From Monocercomonoides exilis PA203 (Eukaryota; Protista; Preaxostyla), in NCBI GenBank assembly GCA_001643675.2, contig LSRY02000031.1:1054001-1118000 (forward strand): a stretch of DNA of 64,000 bases, written 5' to 3'. The number at the start of each line of letters is the position of its first letter. Position 1 is the stretch's first letter. Position numbers and translations under genes: made by a program. The notes beneath the pieces were generated by a model. It was not told the DNA's origin, did no database searches, and was given only the letters and a program-made list of their open reading frames with translations. Shown here piece by piece: positions 24,335-38,100 of this stretch.

Positions 24335-24704
24335 CAAAGAAACAAAGCAAATACATATGAAAACAATTTTAAGAAAGACCTAACAAATATAAACTCCGCA
24401 TACCGGCATTACAACCAAGAGTAATTTGAAGTGAGATGCCCTTTATTAACATATTTATTCTTATCAAATACTTTTAAAAAATTTGAAAATCCAATAAAAA
24501 TACAATACATACATATTATTAAAAAGAAAAGATTTAAAATGAAATGATTTTTTAATAGAAAAATTTGTTCAAATTATGAAGAAACGAAAAACTTCAAAAA
24601 AAAATATATTCTTCTATTTAAAAAACAATCCAAATTCAAATACGCAAATAAAGAGCATAAACATAAAAAAAATGAAGAGAAATATAACGAATCCTTCGAA
24701 AATT

Positions 24705-24754
<50 letters not shown>

Positions 24755-24939
24755 AATAAATAAATAAAAATAAATAAATAAATAAATAAATGTTGGCGAT
24801 GCAAGAAAAGATGAGGAAATAATGATTGTGAAAAAATATTCAACTCCTAATTTCTCACAGTTATCCAAAAAAAAAAAAAAATTAAAAAAATTCGAAAAAT
24901 TCAAAAATCATCATCAAATCTCATAACTTCTGGAATGAC

Positions 24940-26438
24940 CTACATGAAAACAAGATATTTGATTATTCTTCTGTTATTTCTAAACACATAGGAGTTGAAG
25001 AAAGCAATGTAACACAAGCTCACCAGCCAATCTTCGTATCCTTCTTCCTCCATCATTTCAATCACTTTCCTTTTCAGCTCTTTCCGTTTGGCTTCCTCTC
25101 TCTCATTTTCGCTCTTCACACTCAGCCTTTTTGCAAGGCCCCTGAACACACACAAACAGCCACTGGCTTCTTCTTTTGCCACTTCTGACCGAACAACCTC
25201 GCTCAAAGCAACGCCAATCGCTCCTTTGTCCACCAAGCAGTCAATTTGTGAGGCTTGGCTTTTGATCATCGCATGGAACAGCTGAAAACAGAATCTGGCG
25301 ATGCTTCCTTGGCATGCCCTTGTGGCCCAAAACACCCGCACAACGCATTCAACCAGCCCTTCGTGCTCTTTCGTCTGATATTTGCACACAAAGAAGTAAA
25401 TATCCAATGAGCGGAGCCACCTCTCAATAATCATGATTTCACTCTCTGCACTTCTTTCTTTCTTTTCTTTCTTTTCTTTCTTTTCTTCTTTCTCTCTCTT
25501 CCATTCCAAACTCCTAACCAGCTCTTCCAATTCTCTTGTTGCTTCCTTCACAAAATGCAGCTCATTCACAATGGCATCTTCCAAATTTCTATCAACTTGA
25601 AATCGATAAATCAAAAACTGCCAAGCAGACTGACAAGCAAGTTGAGTGAGATTGTGATGTTCCTGGTGATATTTGATGATTTCTTTGATCTCATTCAGAT
25701 ACAATCCTTTCTCTATTCTCTATTTTTTTTCGAAAAAAGAAAGAAATAATTATTAAGAAATAAAATAAAATAAAATTACAACTCACATACTTGATTTGCT
25801 CCAATATTGCCCAAAGCAAGCAACACCATTTCCACATCTTTCTGAACCTCCTCATTTTCTTCCTTGTTTGCAGCATATTTGAGAAGACACTTCACATAGA
25901 TTGTTAGCAATTCTTTTGGTATTCTATCGTAATAATCAAGAAGAAGAAAATAGCATTCGATGATGTCGATTTGAAGCTTTTCATCTCTGTTCTTTTTTTT
26001 CTTCTCTTCATTTAAAGCCGTCTTTGTTAACCTTTGACACAACAAAGAATTGAAAAAATAGCCACTTCTAATCATTTTCATGTTAACAAAACATCCGATG
26101 TACTTCAACAACAATAATGAATTTTTCATTGTCATTTTCTTTTCTTCAATCATTTTGTTGACTTCTTCGAATAGATTTTTTCTGTCCATTGTTCCAAATT
26201 CTTCTTTGTTCATTTCCTTCATTGCTTCATTCATTTCTTCAACTTTCTTTTTCTGTTCAATTTCCGAACAGTGTTCCAGTTCGTCGAACAACGCTTCAAA
26301 AAACAAGAAAGAAAGGAAGAAAAGAAAGAAATTCAACCATCATAAATTCAAAAACAACATTGCTCACAAACTCAAAAACTGTTCAACATAAAAGCTGTTT
26401 TGAACTTCATCTTCATCCTCATCATTATACGCGCTCAT
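24940..26438 (-). CDS. Lineage-expanded helical family, copy 2, multi-exon
   Basis: VQKDVEMVLLAL, LYLNEIKEIIKYHQEH and KRKVIEMMEEEGYED; GT-AG introns. Confidence 0.7.
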
Positions 26439-29400
26439 TTTATTTATAACTTATATTTTCCTATTCGTTTAAAATTGTTACTTGCCCGACAAAATAAAAG
26501 ATAAATACAAACATCGATTATTGCCAAGCAAACATGAAAGAACGTGACAAACTATTTTGTATTTGCTTTACAACAAGATGCACAAAGAAAGTGCTATGAA
26601 ATTACTGTGCTCAGTTGACTAAGTCCAGGAATGAAAATCTTTTGTTCTTTTTTGATCGAACCAACTTTAATTCAACGAATTCAGAAATATTCTTTTTTTA
26701 TCCTTTTGAAATCCTTTTTCGATTCAATACCCATCTTATATAAACATTTTCCTTTTCAAACAAGGTGGCAACATTTTGAAATAGAGGTGGAAAAACAAGA
26801 AAAAATGATTCATGAAGAGAAAATTCTTTCTATTTAATTGATTGAATGAATCGGACCATAAACATCAAAAGAACAAGTTGCTTTCATTTTATTGTATTAA
26901 TGAATCAAGCGTGTTTTTTTGAGCAAGCATGAAGAACAGAATGGACTGTTGAAGATGAAATAATCAAAAAACTGAAAGTTAAAAAATCATTGAATTGATG
27001 ATACAAAGGCCAAATGCTTCAACCGCAAGAAAGAAAAAAATAATTTGGAAATAAGACTTCAAAAACAAAATATCCAAAGATTTGTCCATTCAACGCTATT
27101 TCAAAATTGAATGTTCTGCATTGTTGCGGAAGAAACACATAACCTTTCGTTTTATATGTGATTTTTCAAAAACCTTAGATGACCAAAGTCATTGGATTTC
27201 GGAGGAAAGGAATTTTGACAAGGAATTATGCGGAGACAACTCTACAGTGAAACGAATGCAGAAAGAATACAGGAAAGGTTTTTTTTAGCTCATGAAAATA
27301 TGAATGCGTTTCAAATAGAAAGAAATCACCAGTTAAAATCCGTTTTCCCTGAACAGAGCGACGAGAAATACAATCATTTTGATCCATATTTTGATGATCA
27401 TTTATCACCAAAATGATCTTCATTGAATGATAAAGAGACGATTTCGCATTTTGACATCTATCATCACATGGAATGGCGCATGAGAACAAAAGGACATCTG
27501 ATCAAATATTTTGTTATTTTTTTTTTTTTTTTTGTGATTAAGATGTAACATTCAGGAGAAATGCCTCTTTCTTTCGTTTGTTTGCGATGCAACTCACAGA
27601 ATGCTTCTTCTTCTGCTTTGTCTTCGCTGAGCATGCCTCCATTTGTGCATTCCACTCCGCAGCGGATAAACATTCGGAAAAGGTTGTTCAATCACAATTT
27701 CTACGAATGAGATTGAACTCTTCAAATGATCTCAATTTGTCTGTCATTCAAAACTACAAAAAGAAGTCCTCCAGACATATTGAATTTTCATCTAATATTT
27801 CATCTGCATCAACAAGCGAATAACAACAAATTTCTTTTCCTCCTTCTACTCCTCCTCCTCCTTCTCTTTCTTTCTTTTTCCTCTTCTTCTTCTTCTTCTT
27901 CTTCTTCTTCTTCTTGTTCTTCTTCTTCTTCTTCTTCTCTTCCTCTTCCTCCTCCTCCTCCTTCTTCCTCTTCTTCCTCTTCCTCTTCATATTTTAACTT
28001 CGATGTTTTTGTCACTTTTAATATTACAACTTTTGCGATACAACGAAATAATAATATTTTAAAGAATTCATGAAAATATTCTAAAACAGAACAACTCTAT
28101 CTTCTGCTCCTTCAACTTCTTCTTCCTTTCCTTCTTTTTCTTCTTATTTCATTTCAATTGTTTCTTTTCCAAAAATCTCGAGGAAAAATGTCAATAAAGA
28201 GTTTTGTTCCCACTTTAGGAGCAGTTGTTTTCCATCATAAATTCCGCAACTCAGTTGAAGTCGGATATGGCAAATGGAAATGATATGAAACATATCAAAA
28301 AGGCAGAAAACAGCACAAATAAAGGAACAAAATGAAATGAAGAAAGAACAGAAGAGAAGAATGAAGGAGAGGAAAGAATTGGAGGAGATGATCAGTTGAG
28401 AAGAAGAAGAAGAAAAAGAAGAAGAATAAGAAGGGAAAGAAGGATAAAGGCAGATGATGAGTACAATGTAGCTGCTGAGAGTGAAAGCGATAGAGAAGGA
28501 GATTCAGAGGAATGCCAGAAAAGAAGGGAATCAGAGGCAGAAATGGGAGCTGCGGCTGTTTGAGATGATGACTGCAGAAAAGAATGTGTCAACGGCCACC
28601 TGTCAACACAGTCACAAATTGAAGGAAGAACCAATGGAGCAAAGGAAATGAAGATGTAAAAATAAGAGGAGAGAGAAAAAGGAGAAAAAAAAGAAAGAAT
28701 GATGAAAAAAAGAGGAATATAAAGGAGAAAATGTGGAATTTATTAGAATAGTTTTGCAGATGATGATAAATGTCCATCTTTTAATGCTGTTGATTCGCTC
28801 AGCGACCTGACAGTCATTACAAACATCAGAACAGGCACGGATAAAAGATGAAGCGATGATAAGGAAAGAAAACTTGTGCAATGAATCAACAGCTGGACAG
28901 GAATAAGGCAACGAATGAGAATTTGAGGCTTATTCTGAGCCTTTTCTGCAGCCTCCACAAAAATCACTTCCAAAATCCATTGGAAAGCCAATTTGCCTCA
29001 GAGGCAGTCAGAATTGTTGCATTCTGTGAAAACCATTCGGCTCGTTCACGCATCACACATGTCAGCGCATACAGACAACTTTCACAGCCTCCTCCAATTT
29101 GTTCTCTTTGACCTTCTCAACTCCAAATCACATAAAATGATCATTTGATTTTTGCGTTCCAAAGAATATTTCTGTTTGTTTGGTTAATCGAAAAAAAAGA
29201 AAAGAAAAACAAAATGATTTGCACAGAGCTTGGGCTTAATCATCGATAAAATCTAATAAAAAATAAAAATAAAAATAAAAATAAAAATAAAAATAAAAAT
29301 AAAAATAAAAATAAAATACAGATGGAATGACATGAGTTGCTTAAAATGTTGGGATAAAACGAAAAAAACAAATTGAAAGCAAAATGAAAAGAGATCAAAA

Positions 29401-29561
29401 TGAAATTTTCTTTAAGTTCATTCAGATTTTTAATTAAAGAGAAAAAGAGTCTTCAAAAATAAAAAAAGAATGAAAGTAAAGAAAAAAAGAAAAGCAATAT
29501 CTTTTGAAATGCTGTGGAACAGCCTTTATTGATGCACTCTCACATCAGTTGATTCGCTTGC

Positions 29562-31457
29562 TCATAACATCGAAAATAATATCATCAAAACAAATGAAGC
29601 AAACATTAATGCTGAATTATCGGTCTTCATCCATTTCGGTGGTGCACTCTTGACACTGTTTTTCCAATGATCTGCCATTGTAAATCCTTTCTTATCTTTA
29701 AGTGTTATATCATGTCTCATCCATTTTGGTGGTTCTGCTTTGGCGATTTCAATCCAGTACATCGCCATTGTTAATCCCTCCTTTTCAGCAAGTTTAATAT
29801 TGTGCCTCATCCATTCTGGTGGTTCAGTGCCGATATTATATATCCAGAGCATAGCTAAAGTTACTCCATTTTTATTGCCAAGCGCGGAATCATGTCTCAT
29901 CCATTCTGGTGGCTCTGTCTTCACATTTACAATCCAGTACATCGCCATTGTACAGCCATCCTTTTGAGAAAGTGTAATGTCATGTCTCATCCACTCTGGC
30001 GGTTCAGTTTCAACGAACAGAATCCACATCATGGCCATCGTCAATCCTTTCTTATCTTTAATTGTGGTGTCATGTCTCATCCATTCCGGTGGTTCTGTCT
30101 TTACAAACTGAATCCAGTACATCGCTAATGTCAATCCTTTAATATCACAAAGAGTGATATCATGTCTCATCCATTCTGGTGGCTCTGTCTTCACTTTTGC
30201 AATCCACCTCATCGCCATTGTCCATTCTTTTTTATCTTTAATTGTGATGTCATGTCTCATCCATTTTGGTGGTTCTGTTTTGGCAATTTCAATCCAGTAC
30301 ATCGCCATTGTTAATCCCTCCTTATCAGCAAGTTCAATATTGTGCCTCATCCATTCTGGTGGTTCAGTTTCAACGAACAGAATCCACAGCATGGCCATTG
30401 TTCTTCCTATTTTATCTTCAAGCGTATTTTCGTGTCCCATCCATTTTGGTGGTTCTGTCTTCATAAACACTATCCACAACATGGCCATTGTTGTTCCGTA
30501 ATTGTTACAAAGTTTAATATCATGTCTCATCCACTCCGGTGGCTCTGTTTTGAAAATTTCAATCCATAGCATAGCCATTGTGCATCCATTCTTATCGGCA
30601 AGGGAAATGACATGTCGCATCCACTCTGGTGGTTCTGTTTGAACAATAACAACCCACAACATCGCCATTGTCCAGCCATCCTTTTGAGAAAGTGAAACTT
30701 CATGTCTCATCCATTGTGGTGGCTCTGTTTTCATACATATTAACCACAACATGGCCATTGTCCATCCATCTTTATCCACAATTGATGCATCATGCCTCAT
30801 CCATTCTGGTGGTTCTGTCTTCTTCTCTATAATCCAGCGCATAGCCTTTGTTCTTCCCTCTTCATCACAAATTGTGTTATCGTGAGGAATCAGTTCTTGT
30901 GATTTTAATGTTCTCCAACAAATCCACACTATTACAAGTGCAATCACAAGAACGATGCATCTCTTGGCAATGCTAAAGGAATCATCTTTTTTCATCCAAG
31001 CGGGAAGTTCATCTTCGGTGTATCTCGCCCAGTACATGCAAATTGTCCATTTTTTGTTGTCAACAATTTTTGCTCCATGCCTCGTCCACCTTGGCGGGTC
31101 TGTCTTCACATTCTCAATCCAGTGCATGGCTGCAGTCTTGCCATCTTTATCTCTAATTGTGCTCTTATGCTGCATCCAATTTGGTGGTTCTGTTTTAACA
31201 AAATATATCCAGTGCATGGCTGATGTCGCGCCATATTTATCTTGCATTGATGATTTGTGTCTCATCCATTCTGGTGGATCTGTTCCAACATGGATAACCC
31301 ATGTCATCGCCATTGTCCATCCATTCTCATCCGCAATTGATGCGTCATGTCTCATCCATTCTGGTGGTTCTGTCTTCTTCTCTATAATCCAGCGCATTGC
31401 CTCTGTTCTTCCTTTTACATCTTTCTCGGTTCTCATCGCATCAACATTATTTCCCAT
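29562..31457 (-). CDS. Intronless 631-aa membrane protein with 19 copies of a 30-aa ankyrin-like repeat
   Basis: Unit HDxxxxDKxGxTMAMxWIxxVKTEPPEWMR in two blocks (5+14 copies); hydrophobic helix after block 1 and at the C-terminus. Confidence 0.85.
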   Translation of the reverse strand: MGNNVDAMRTEKDVKGRTEAMRWIIEKKTEPPEWMRHDASIADENGWTMAMTWVIHVGTDPPEWMRHKSSMQDKYGATSAMHWIYFVKTEPPNWMQHKSTIRDKDGKTAAMHWIENVKTDPPRWTRHGAKIVDNKKWTICMYWARYTEDELPAWMKKDDSFSIAKRCIVLVIALVIVWICWRTLKSQELIPHDNTICDEEGRTKAMRWIIEKKTEPPEWMRHDASIVDKDGWTMAMLWLICMKTEPPQWMRHEVSLSQKDGWTMAMLWVVIVQTEPPEWMRHVISLADKNGCTMAMLWIEIFKTEPPEWMRHDIKLCNNYGTTMAMLWIVFMKTEPPKWMGHENTLEDKIGRTMAMLWILFVETEPPEWMRHNIELADKEGLTMAMYWIEIAKTEPPKWMRHDITIKDKKEWTMAMRWIAKVKTEPPEWMRHDITLCDIKGLTLAMYWIQFVKTEPPEWMRHDTTIKDKKGLTMAMMWILFVETEPPEWMRHDITLSQKDGCTMAMYWIVNVKTEPPEWMRHDSALGNKNGVTLAMLWIYNIGTEPPEWMRHNIKLAEKEGLTMAMYWIEIAKAEPPKWMRHDITLKDKKGFTMADHWKNSVKSAPPKWMKTDNSALMFASFVLMILFSML

Positions 31458-32599
31458 TTCCGTGTTATTTTTGGTTGAATGGTATTTATTTGTTGCGCAC
31501 AGACAAGTGATTCAACAAAAATATTTGATCTTATCAAATTTCTATTCTGTTATGGGTTGAACCAATATTTAGGAATTGTTCATTTATATAAAAATGGAAA
31601 GTTTAATAACAATGATGATTGTCTTTGAAACAATCACTATTTATTCTTGATAGCATTGATTTATTTGAATGGATAATTATTCTTCCGAATTGGAATTTAT
31701 TTAATATTTAGTCATATTGACGAATATTGAAAAAAATCAGTCATAGAAATTTTTGTAACAATCCAATAATTACAAAACCTGATGCATATTTATTGTTCCA
31801 GCTCTGTAGCGCGTTCATTCATCATTCCATCAACAGAAATCATCATTTTCAATCATTCCAGAACATTTTTTAAAAAATTATCAGGCAAATGAACACTTCA
31901 CCTTTCAAAAAAATTCTCTCAGACATCTCGTCAAACTCATTAACTTTCATTTCTATTTCCACTTCTATTTCTATTTCTTCTTCTTCTTCTTTCTTCTTTC
32001 TTCTTCTTCTTCCTCTTCTTCTCCTTCTCCTTCTTCTTTTCCTTCAAATCCTTCATCATTTTTCTTCAACACTTTGATCATTTCCATTGCATATCTTCTT
32101 CTTCCACATCTTCATTCTTTGAGAAGTCTTCCTTTCTCTTATTCATATGGAATTGACTGTGAATTGTATATTCTTAATGCTGTTTGCAAAGGCACATTGA
32201 AAGAAGAAGCAGAAAGAGAAAATGGGAAAAAGAAAGTGAACATTTCTGTATGAGAAAAAGCAATCAACTCTTCAATCACAAAAAGAAAGCATCTTCATCT
32301 TTGAAACTCCTTATTTGATTGCATGGTTTTAATTTCTCATCTTCAGTTTCAATGAAATCATATGAAACAAAGAAAAGCCAGGGAAGAATCCAAAGGATTA
32401 TCAACTCCAAAAAGGATCAGAAAAGAGACTTTTCATGTTGAATGAACAAATGAATGTAATTTATTTTTTTCTTTTTCTTTTTTGAAATCGGGAAAAATAA
32501 TCAATTAAAAATATTCAGATGAATATTTTGAGTAAAACGAAAAAAAAAAAAAGAAAAAATTCAGTTATCGAATTTAAAAGTGCGATGCATTTTGTTTCC

Positions 32600-34077
32600 T
32601 TAAACACTTATAAAATAATCAGAAATATTCAATGATAGTCCATGATAATATCGTCTGTTAAGAATATCAAATTTTTCATGAAAGCTTGTGATGATGTCTT
32701 CGTATCCTTCTTCTTCCATCTTTTCAGTCACTTTCCTTTTTGAAACTTTTCTTTTCGCTTCTTCCATTTCATCATCTTCCTCTTCTTTCAATCTTCTTGA
32801 AACTTTCAAAAAAAGTACAAAGCTTTCATATGCCATTTTTTCATTCAACGTTGGCCGTTGTATCCCTTGAAAAACAGCATCTACAGCTCCTCCCTTCACA
32901 AAAGCATCAACTTTTATAGCTTTGTTTTCTGCTGCAGTTTCCAACAAATAAACACAATGATAATGAATTCCATTACATTTCTCCTTTGTGGCTTGAAATA
33001 CTTGAACAACGCTGCCAATAAGCCCAGAAAATTCTTCTCTCTGCAATTTACACATTTCGAAGAAAAAATTCAAAGATTCGATCCATCTCAATAAAGCAAG
33101 CTCTTCTTCACTTTCTTCTTCTTTCTCTCTCTTCCAATCCACATTTCTTGTCAGCTCTTCGATTTCTCTTGCTGCCTCTCTCGCAAAATACAGATCATTC
33201 ACAATCACTTCTTCTAAATTCTCATCGAAAAATAATCTGTCTATCAAAAACTTCCAAGCACACCGATAGGCAAGTCGAGAGAGGTTACGATGCTCCTGAT
33301 GATATTTGATAATCTCTTTGATTTCATTCAAATATAGTTCTTGCCTCAAACCCTGACAATAATAAAGAACAATTGAAACAACTTCAAAAAGGAAATAACA
33401 TTGTTCATACACCAATTCCAATGTTATGCAAAGCCAGAAAAGCCATTTCCACTTCTTTTTGTGTTTCCTCGCTTTCCTCTTTCTTCAATGCAACTTTAAG
33501 AAGGTTAGGAATACACATTAAAATCAAATCCAAAGATGGAACTCCGTTGTATAACAAAAGATAGCATTCACAAAGATCGACAAGAAGTTTTTCATCCTTT
33601 TCATCCATTTTTTTGCTCTCCGCAATTATCATCTGTTCGAATCTTTGGCACAACAAAGATTTTTCAAAGCTGCGTGTCCATGCATTTTTTAGAACTTTGT
33701 GATGGACAATGTGCTTCAACAATAAAAGCACATTTCCCATAGACAGTTTCTTATCTTCAATTATTTATTCCATTTTGTTGAACAGTTCTTTCGTGAAAAC
33801 AAACTTGAATTCTTCTTCATCCATCTCATCCATTGGTCTATCCATTTCTTTGATTGCCCGTTTCTGCCCGTCCACATCACAATCTTCAAGTCCATTTAAC
33901 AATTCTTCAATAAAAAACAAAACAAAACAAAAAGAAATCCATTCATCGAGAACTCAAATCCAACAATAAACACAAACCATTAAACCTTTCAGTTCCACTC
34001 GTTGTCTGCATTTTTGAAAATGCATTGCGAACAGAAAACAACGAAAATTCGTCATTCGAATTGAATTCAGATATCAT
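32600..34077 (-). pseudogene. Lineage-expanded helical family, copy 3 (in-frame TAA)
   Basis: Family motifs are present, but NKME*IIEDKK has a TAA near 33765 where paralogs have Lys. Confidence 0.6.
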
Positions 34078-34339
34078 TGGATAAAAGAAATCGGCGCAAA
34101 ACAAAAACTCAAAGCAACCATGAAAGCATAAGTCGTTATACCATTCTGCGTTGTTAGTGATATTTGGCAAGGCATTACAAAAAAAGAAAGAAAGAAAAAA
34201 CGATAAATATTTTTCTGGTTTGTTGTTATGGATATAAGATCATCAGATTTGAAAGATCGAAAATATTCCTTGTTAAAATGAGAGATCGGTGATCGAATAT
34301 TTTCTGTTAAATAGGCGATTCTATTTTCAGTGGCGGAAT

Positions 34340-34920
34340 GATACAGCGAAAACGGGTTGTTGATGATGGAGTTGTGCGAGATAATTATTATGAAAAGTAT
34401 TTTTTAAGGAAATTCATTTTCCAAAATAACATATGAAAATAATGATGTATGCGTTTTTTATTGTTCTTGTGCATTTTAAAGATGTTTCCATCTTTGGCCT
34501 TCTCAGAGTGCAAGAATCTGATAAATTATATAAATTGCTATTCTTTTGTTTTTCTGAGGAGATCATAAGAAGAGAGCTATGCCGAGAGACAATCAGCAGA
34601 TGTGAATTGCAGATTTTTTGCATTAAGTTGGGAGAGGGGATGAAAACAAATTCGATATCAAAACATTTGGATGAGATCGAAAAGGAATGATAACAGTTGG
34701 ACAGTTATTGAAAAGAAAAAATGAAAAGATATTTTTTTCTGCAAAAAAATGTGTGAAAACATAGAAAGAAGGATATTTTAGGAGAAAAAAGGATGATGGA
34801 GAAAGGAGCACCGAGAAACAAGGGAAAAGGAGATTGACAGCTACAGTGATAAAGCAATCTTCTGCATTTGCGATATGGATAGCATATTTGTTCTTTTGAG
34901 GAATTTTTATAGTCAATGCA
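34340..34920 (+). repeat. Dispersed degenerate gene-fragment repeat, copy A
   Basis: Inverted homolog of 57300-57890 (LMMELxExI...FxGNxFSKITY|gtatgc on the coding strand; NAEDC..T.AVNLLF antisense). Confidence 0.65.
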
Positions 34921-35146
34921 AAACTAATTATTTTTATTTATTCATTAGCAAAATGAAATTATTTTTGGATTATTAAGTTTTTATGAAATGTTCAATTTCA
35001 CACTTTTTGAGTTTGAAATAAATTTTTTTCATAGAAATATATGTGCAAAGCCTTGTGAAATTTTTGTATTAAACAAAAAATTTCTTTTGAAATGATTAAT
35101 TAAAAAAATAAATATCACAACTTTTAATTAATATAACAGATCAAAA

Positions 35147-38100
35147 ATGAGGTTTTTAATTCTTCTGGCTTTTATAAGTCTCAAAAGCGTTTGTGAGCTT
35201 CCAAAAGATAAAATAATAAAATCAGTGAGTGTATTCCCTCCAACAGGATCACAAATAAACCCTCGCTACTCTCCGTTTTTTCAATATTTTGTTTCTGAAA
35301 AAGGAAAGCCAAGCATATTCGTTTATGGAGGAACAACTTATAATGATGTTATTCTTTCAGATGCATATGTTGTCACGCTTGATCATGTATTTATTGCTCC
35401 TGTTCAGATTCCTCTGGAAAGCAAAAAACCTTTGGTTAAATTTTTTGCTCAATTCAAAGTCAACAACACGTTCTTTATTTGGGGTGGATGGAAAGACACA
35501 GGACTTTCAAATACGCTTTGGTCATTTAATTTTTCGTCACAAGTTTGGAAAGAAGTGGATCAAGGAGATTCAATTCCTGAAGCTCGATATTCGATGGCAT
35601 ATGCATCTGATGACAATAAGCTATATGTTTTTGGAGGAATTAGTGCATCTGGGCTTCTGAATGATCTGTGGGAATTTGATACACAAACGAAAAAATGGAA
35701 AGTAATAAAAATTAATTCGAATGAAAATGGTCCAAAGCGATGCAGCGGAGCTGGAATGTTTATTTCAAATGGTTATGCTGTTGTTTTTGGGGGAGATACG
35801 GAAGGAGATGATGTTTATGATTTCAACATGTTCAGGATAAAGATCGATGCAAATTCTATTCAATCTTGGGAAGAAGTGAAAATCACAGATTTGGATGGAA
35901 ATAACAAAAATATTCCTGTGTCACGATCAAATTTTGGACACACTACACGTGTCATTTCAAGTGAATCATTTCTCTATTTATTTGGAGGTTGGAATTCCAA
36001 TAACTACTCATCAGGTCCAAATTCCATTCTCCTTTTTAATTGCAGTCAAGTTGGGAGCAATGGAAATGGTCAAAAAGAAGTCGCTTTCAAAGAAATCATT
36101 CATGATGATCAGAGCTATTTTTTTGGTGATTGTGGTTGCACAATTGATAATGATGGAAATGTTTTCATTTTTGGAGGAAGAATGAATTCAAAAATATGTT
36201 CCGATTTAATTGCTGTGATGAAAGAGGATTTATCATTCAATATAACAGAAGAAAGTTTGAATTCTCCGGAAGCAGTGGACCGAAGAGATGCATACAAGAA
36301 GCAGCTTCTTGATAAGGACGATGACGATTATATTTTTGGAAGACTCAGAAATAACTATTCACATCCTTCATTTTTTTCATCTTTTGATGAGAATTCAATC
36401 GCGAAAACGAGTATTGAAAAAGAAAGCATCAAAGCAAAAACGGAAACAATCCTTAGACACAATTTATTATCAAGAATCAATGGAGATCCGTTTATCAGTT
36501 TAATCAAAGCAATGGATTTTGCACCATCTCCTCGAGTTAATCCAATTGTTGGGTTCAGCAATGGAGCGTTTTTTGTGTATGGTGGAAGAGACCCTATTAC
36601 AGGAGAAATATTGAGCGATCTTCATATCTATGTTATTAAGTTGAATCAATGGTTTATCCAATTACCTGAAATAACATCTGAAAGACCTCCTGCGAGAGAA
36701 CTTGGTTCGTTTTGCTTTGATAATAATCGCATTCTTCTTTTTGGAGGTTTGGGACCAAATCCTCAAACTGGGAAAGTTGAACCATCAAATGAGTTATGGG
36801 AATTTTCCTTTTCAACACTTTCATATAGACAGTTGGGGAAAAATTCTTTTATCAAGCCATATCCAGTGTTTGGAGCAGCTTGTGCAATGTATATGGATTA
36901 TTTAATAGTGATTGGAGGTAAACAAGCTGATGGACAGCTGAGTGAAAACGGTTTTGTCTTTAACTTTGCAAGTGATGAATGGGAGTATTCTTTGGAATAT
37001 GCAAAGAGTTACAAATCATCGATTCTTGTCAAAGAAATGCTTCCAAAACTAAAGAATGAAAAAAATACTCCAATGCATAGAAATACCAAAAAAAGAAATA
37101 ATTACCAAGATACATCGAATTCATTTATCTCAAATTCAAAAAACAAAGAGCATTTGGGAAAAAATGAATTGGTTAGCAACAAAAGTGAAAGTGAAAAAAT
37201 AAGAACCGATGACACAAGAAAAAATCATACACTTTTTTTGTTCGGTGGAAACCAAGGAACAATTCCCTTTTATGGAATAAGAGAAGATAATATTTATGAG
37301 CATTTCAGTAAAAGAAAAAATGGAACAAACTCAAATAAAGGTGATGAAATGAGGTCTCCTTCAGATGAAAACGGAAATTTCATTCATATTGACGGAGTTG
37401 ATGAAGTGGAGATCTTTAATAATCTTGATGGAATTGCATTATCATTCCAAAATACAATGCTGATGTTCGGAGGAAGAAAAAGAAATTTGGTTCAAGACAC
37501 ATTTAAATATTTCAAAATTCATGACAATTGGACAATTGATGCATTGGAAGATGATGGATCATTCTCATCAAAGGGTATGCATCTTGATATTGTTGAAGCC
37601 GGTTGTACGGTTTTCAATAAAAGTGTTATCTGTTTCGGTGGAAGACAAGTAAGTGAAAACAGAACAGTGTTGGTAAATGCACTTGACACATTTCGAATTA
37701 TCAGATTAAATGAAAAATTCATTCATTGTTCTCCTGGAACATATGAAGATCAAAATGGAGAATGTCAGCTTTGTGAACTTGGAGAGTACAAAGAAGAATA
37801 TGGAAATGGTTCATGCGAAAAATGTCCAAAGGGATCATACGGAACAGCTTTTGGATCGCAAAAGTTTGGATGTCTTCCAGTTCCTGCAGGAATATTCTCT
37901 GAAAATGAAGGTGCTTTCAAATTTGTTTTCGACAATATGATTTATTCAAACGGATTAAAGAATTGCACTGATGAACAATATTGTCCAATCGGTTCGGCTT
38001 CATCAAATAACAAAAACCCGAATACAAAATCTGTATGTGAGCAGCCAGAACCTTTTGATACAAAGGAATTCACAGAAAATATTCTAACCTACATATTTTA

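Noticed and set aside
26900-29150. Short ORFs and coding-like patches
   Set aside because: No recognisable motif or consistent exon chain could be built.
29600-31400. 90-bp periodic repeats as a CRISPR-like array
   Set aside because: The period equals 30 codons inside one ORF, and the intervening sequences are homologous rather than unique spacers.
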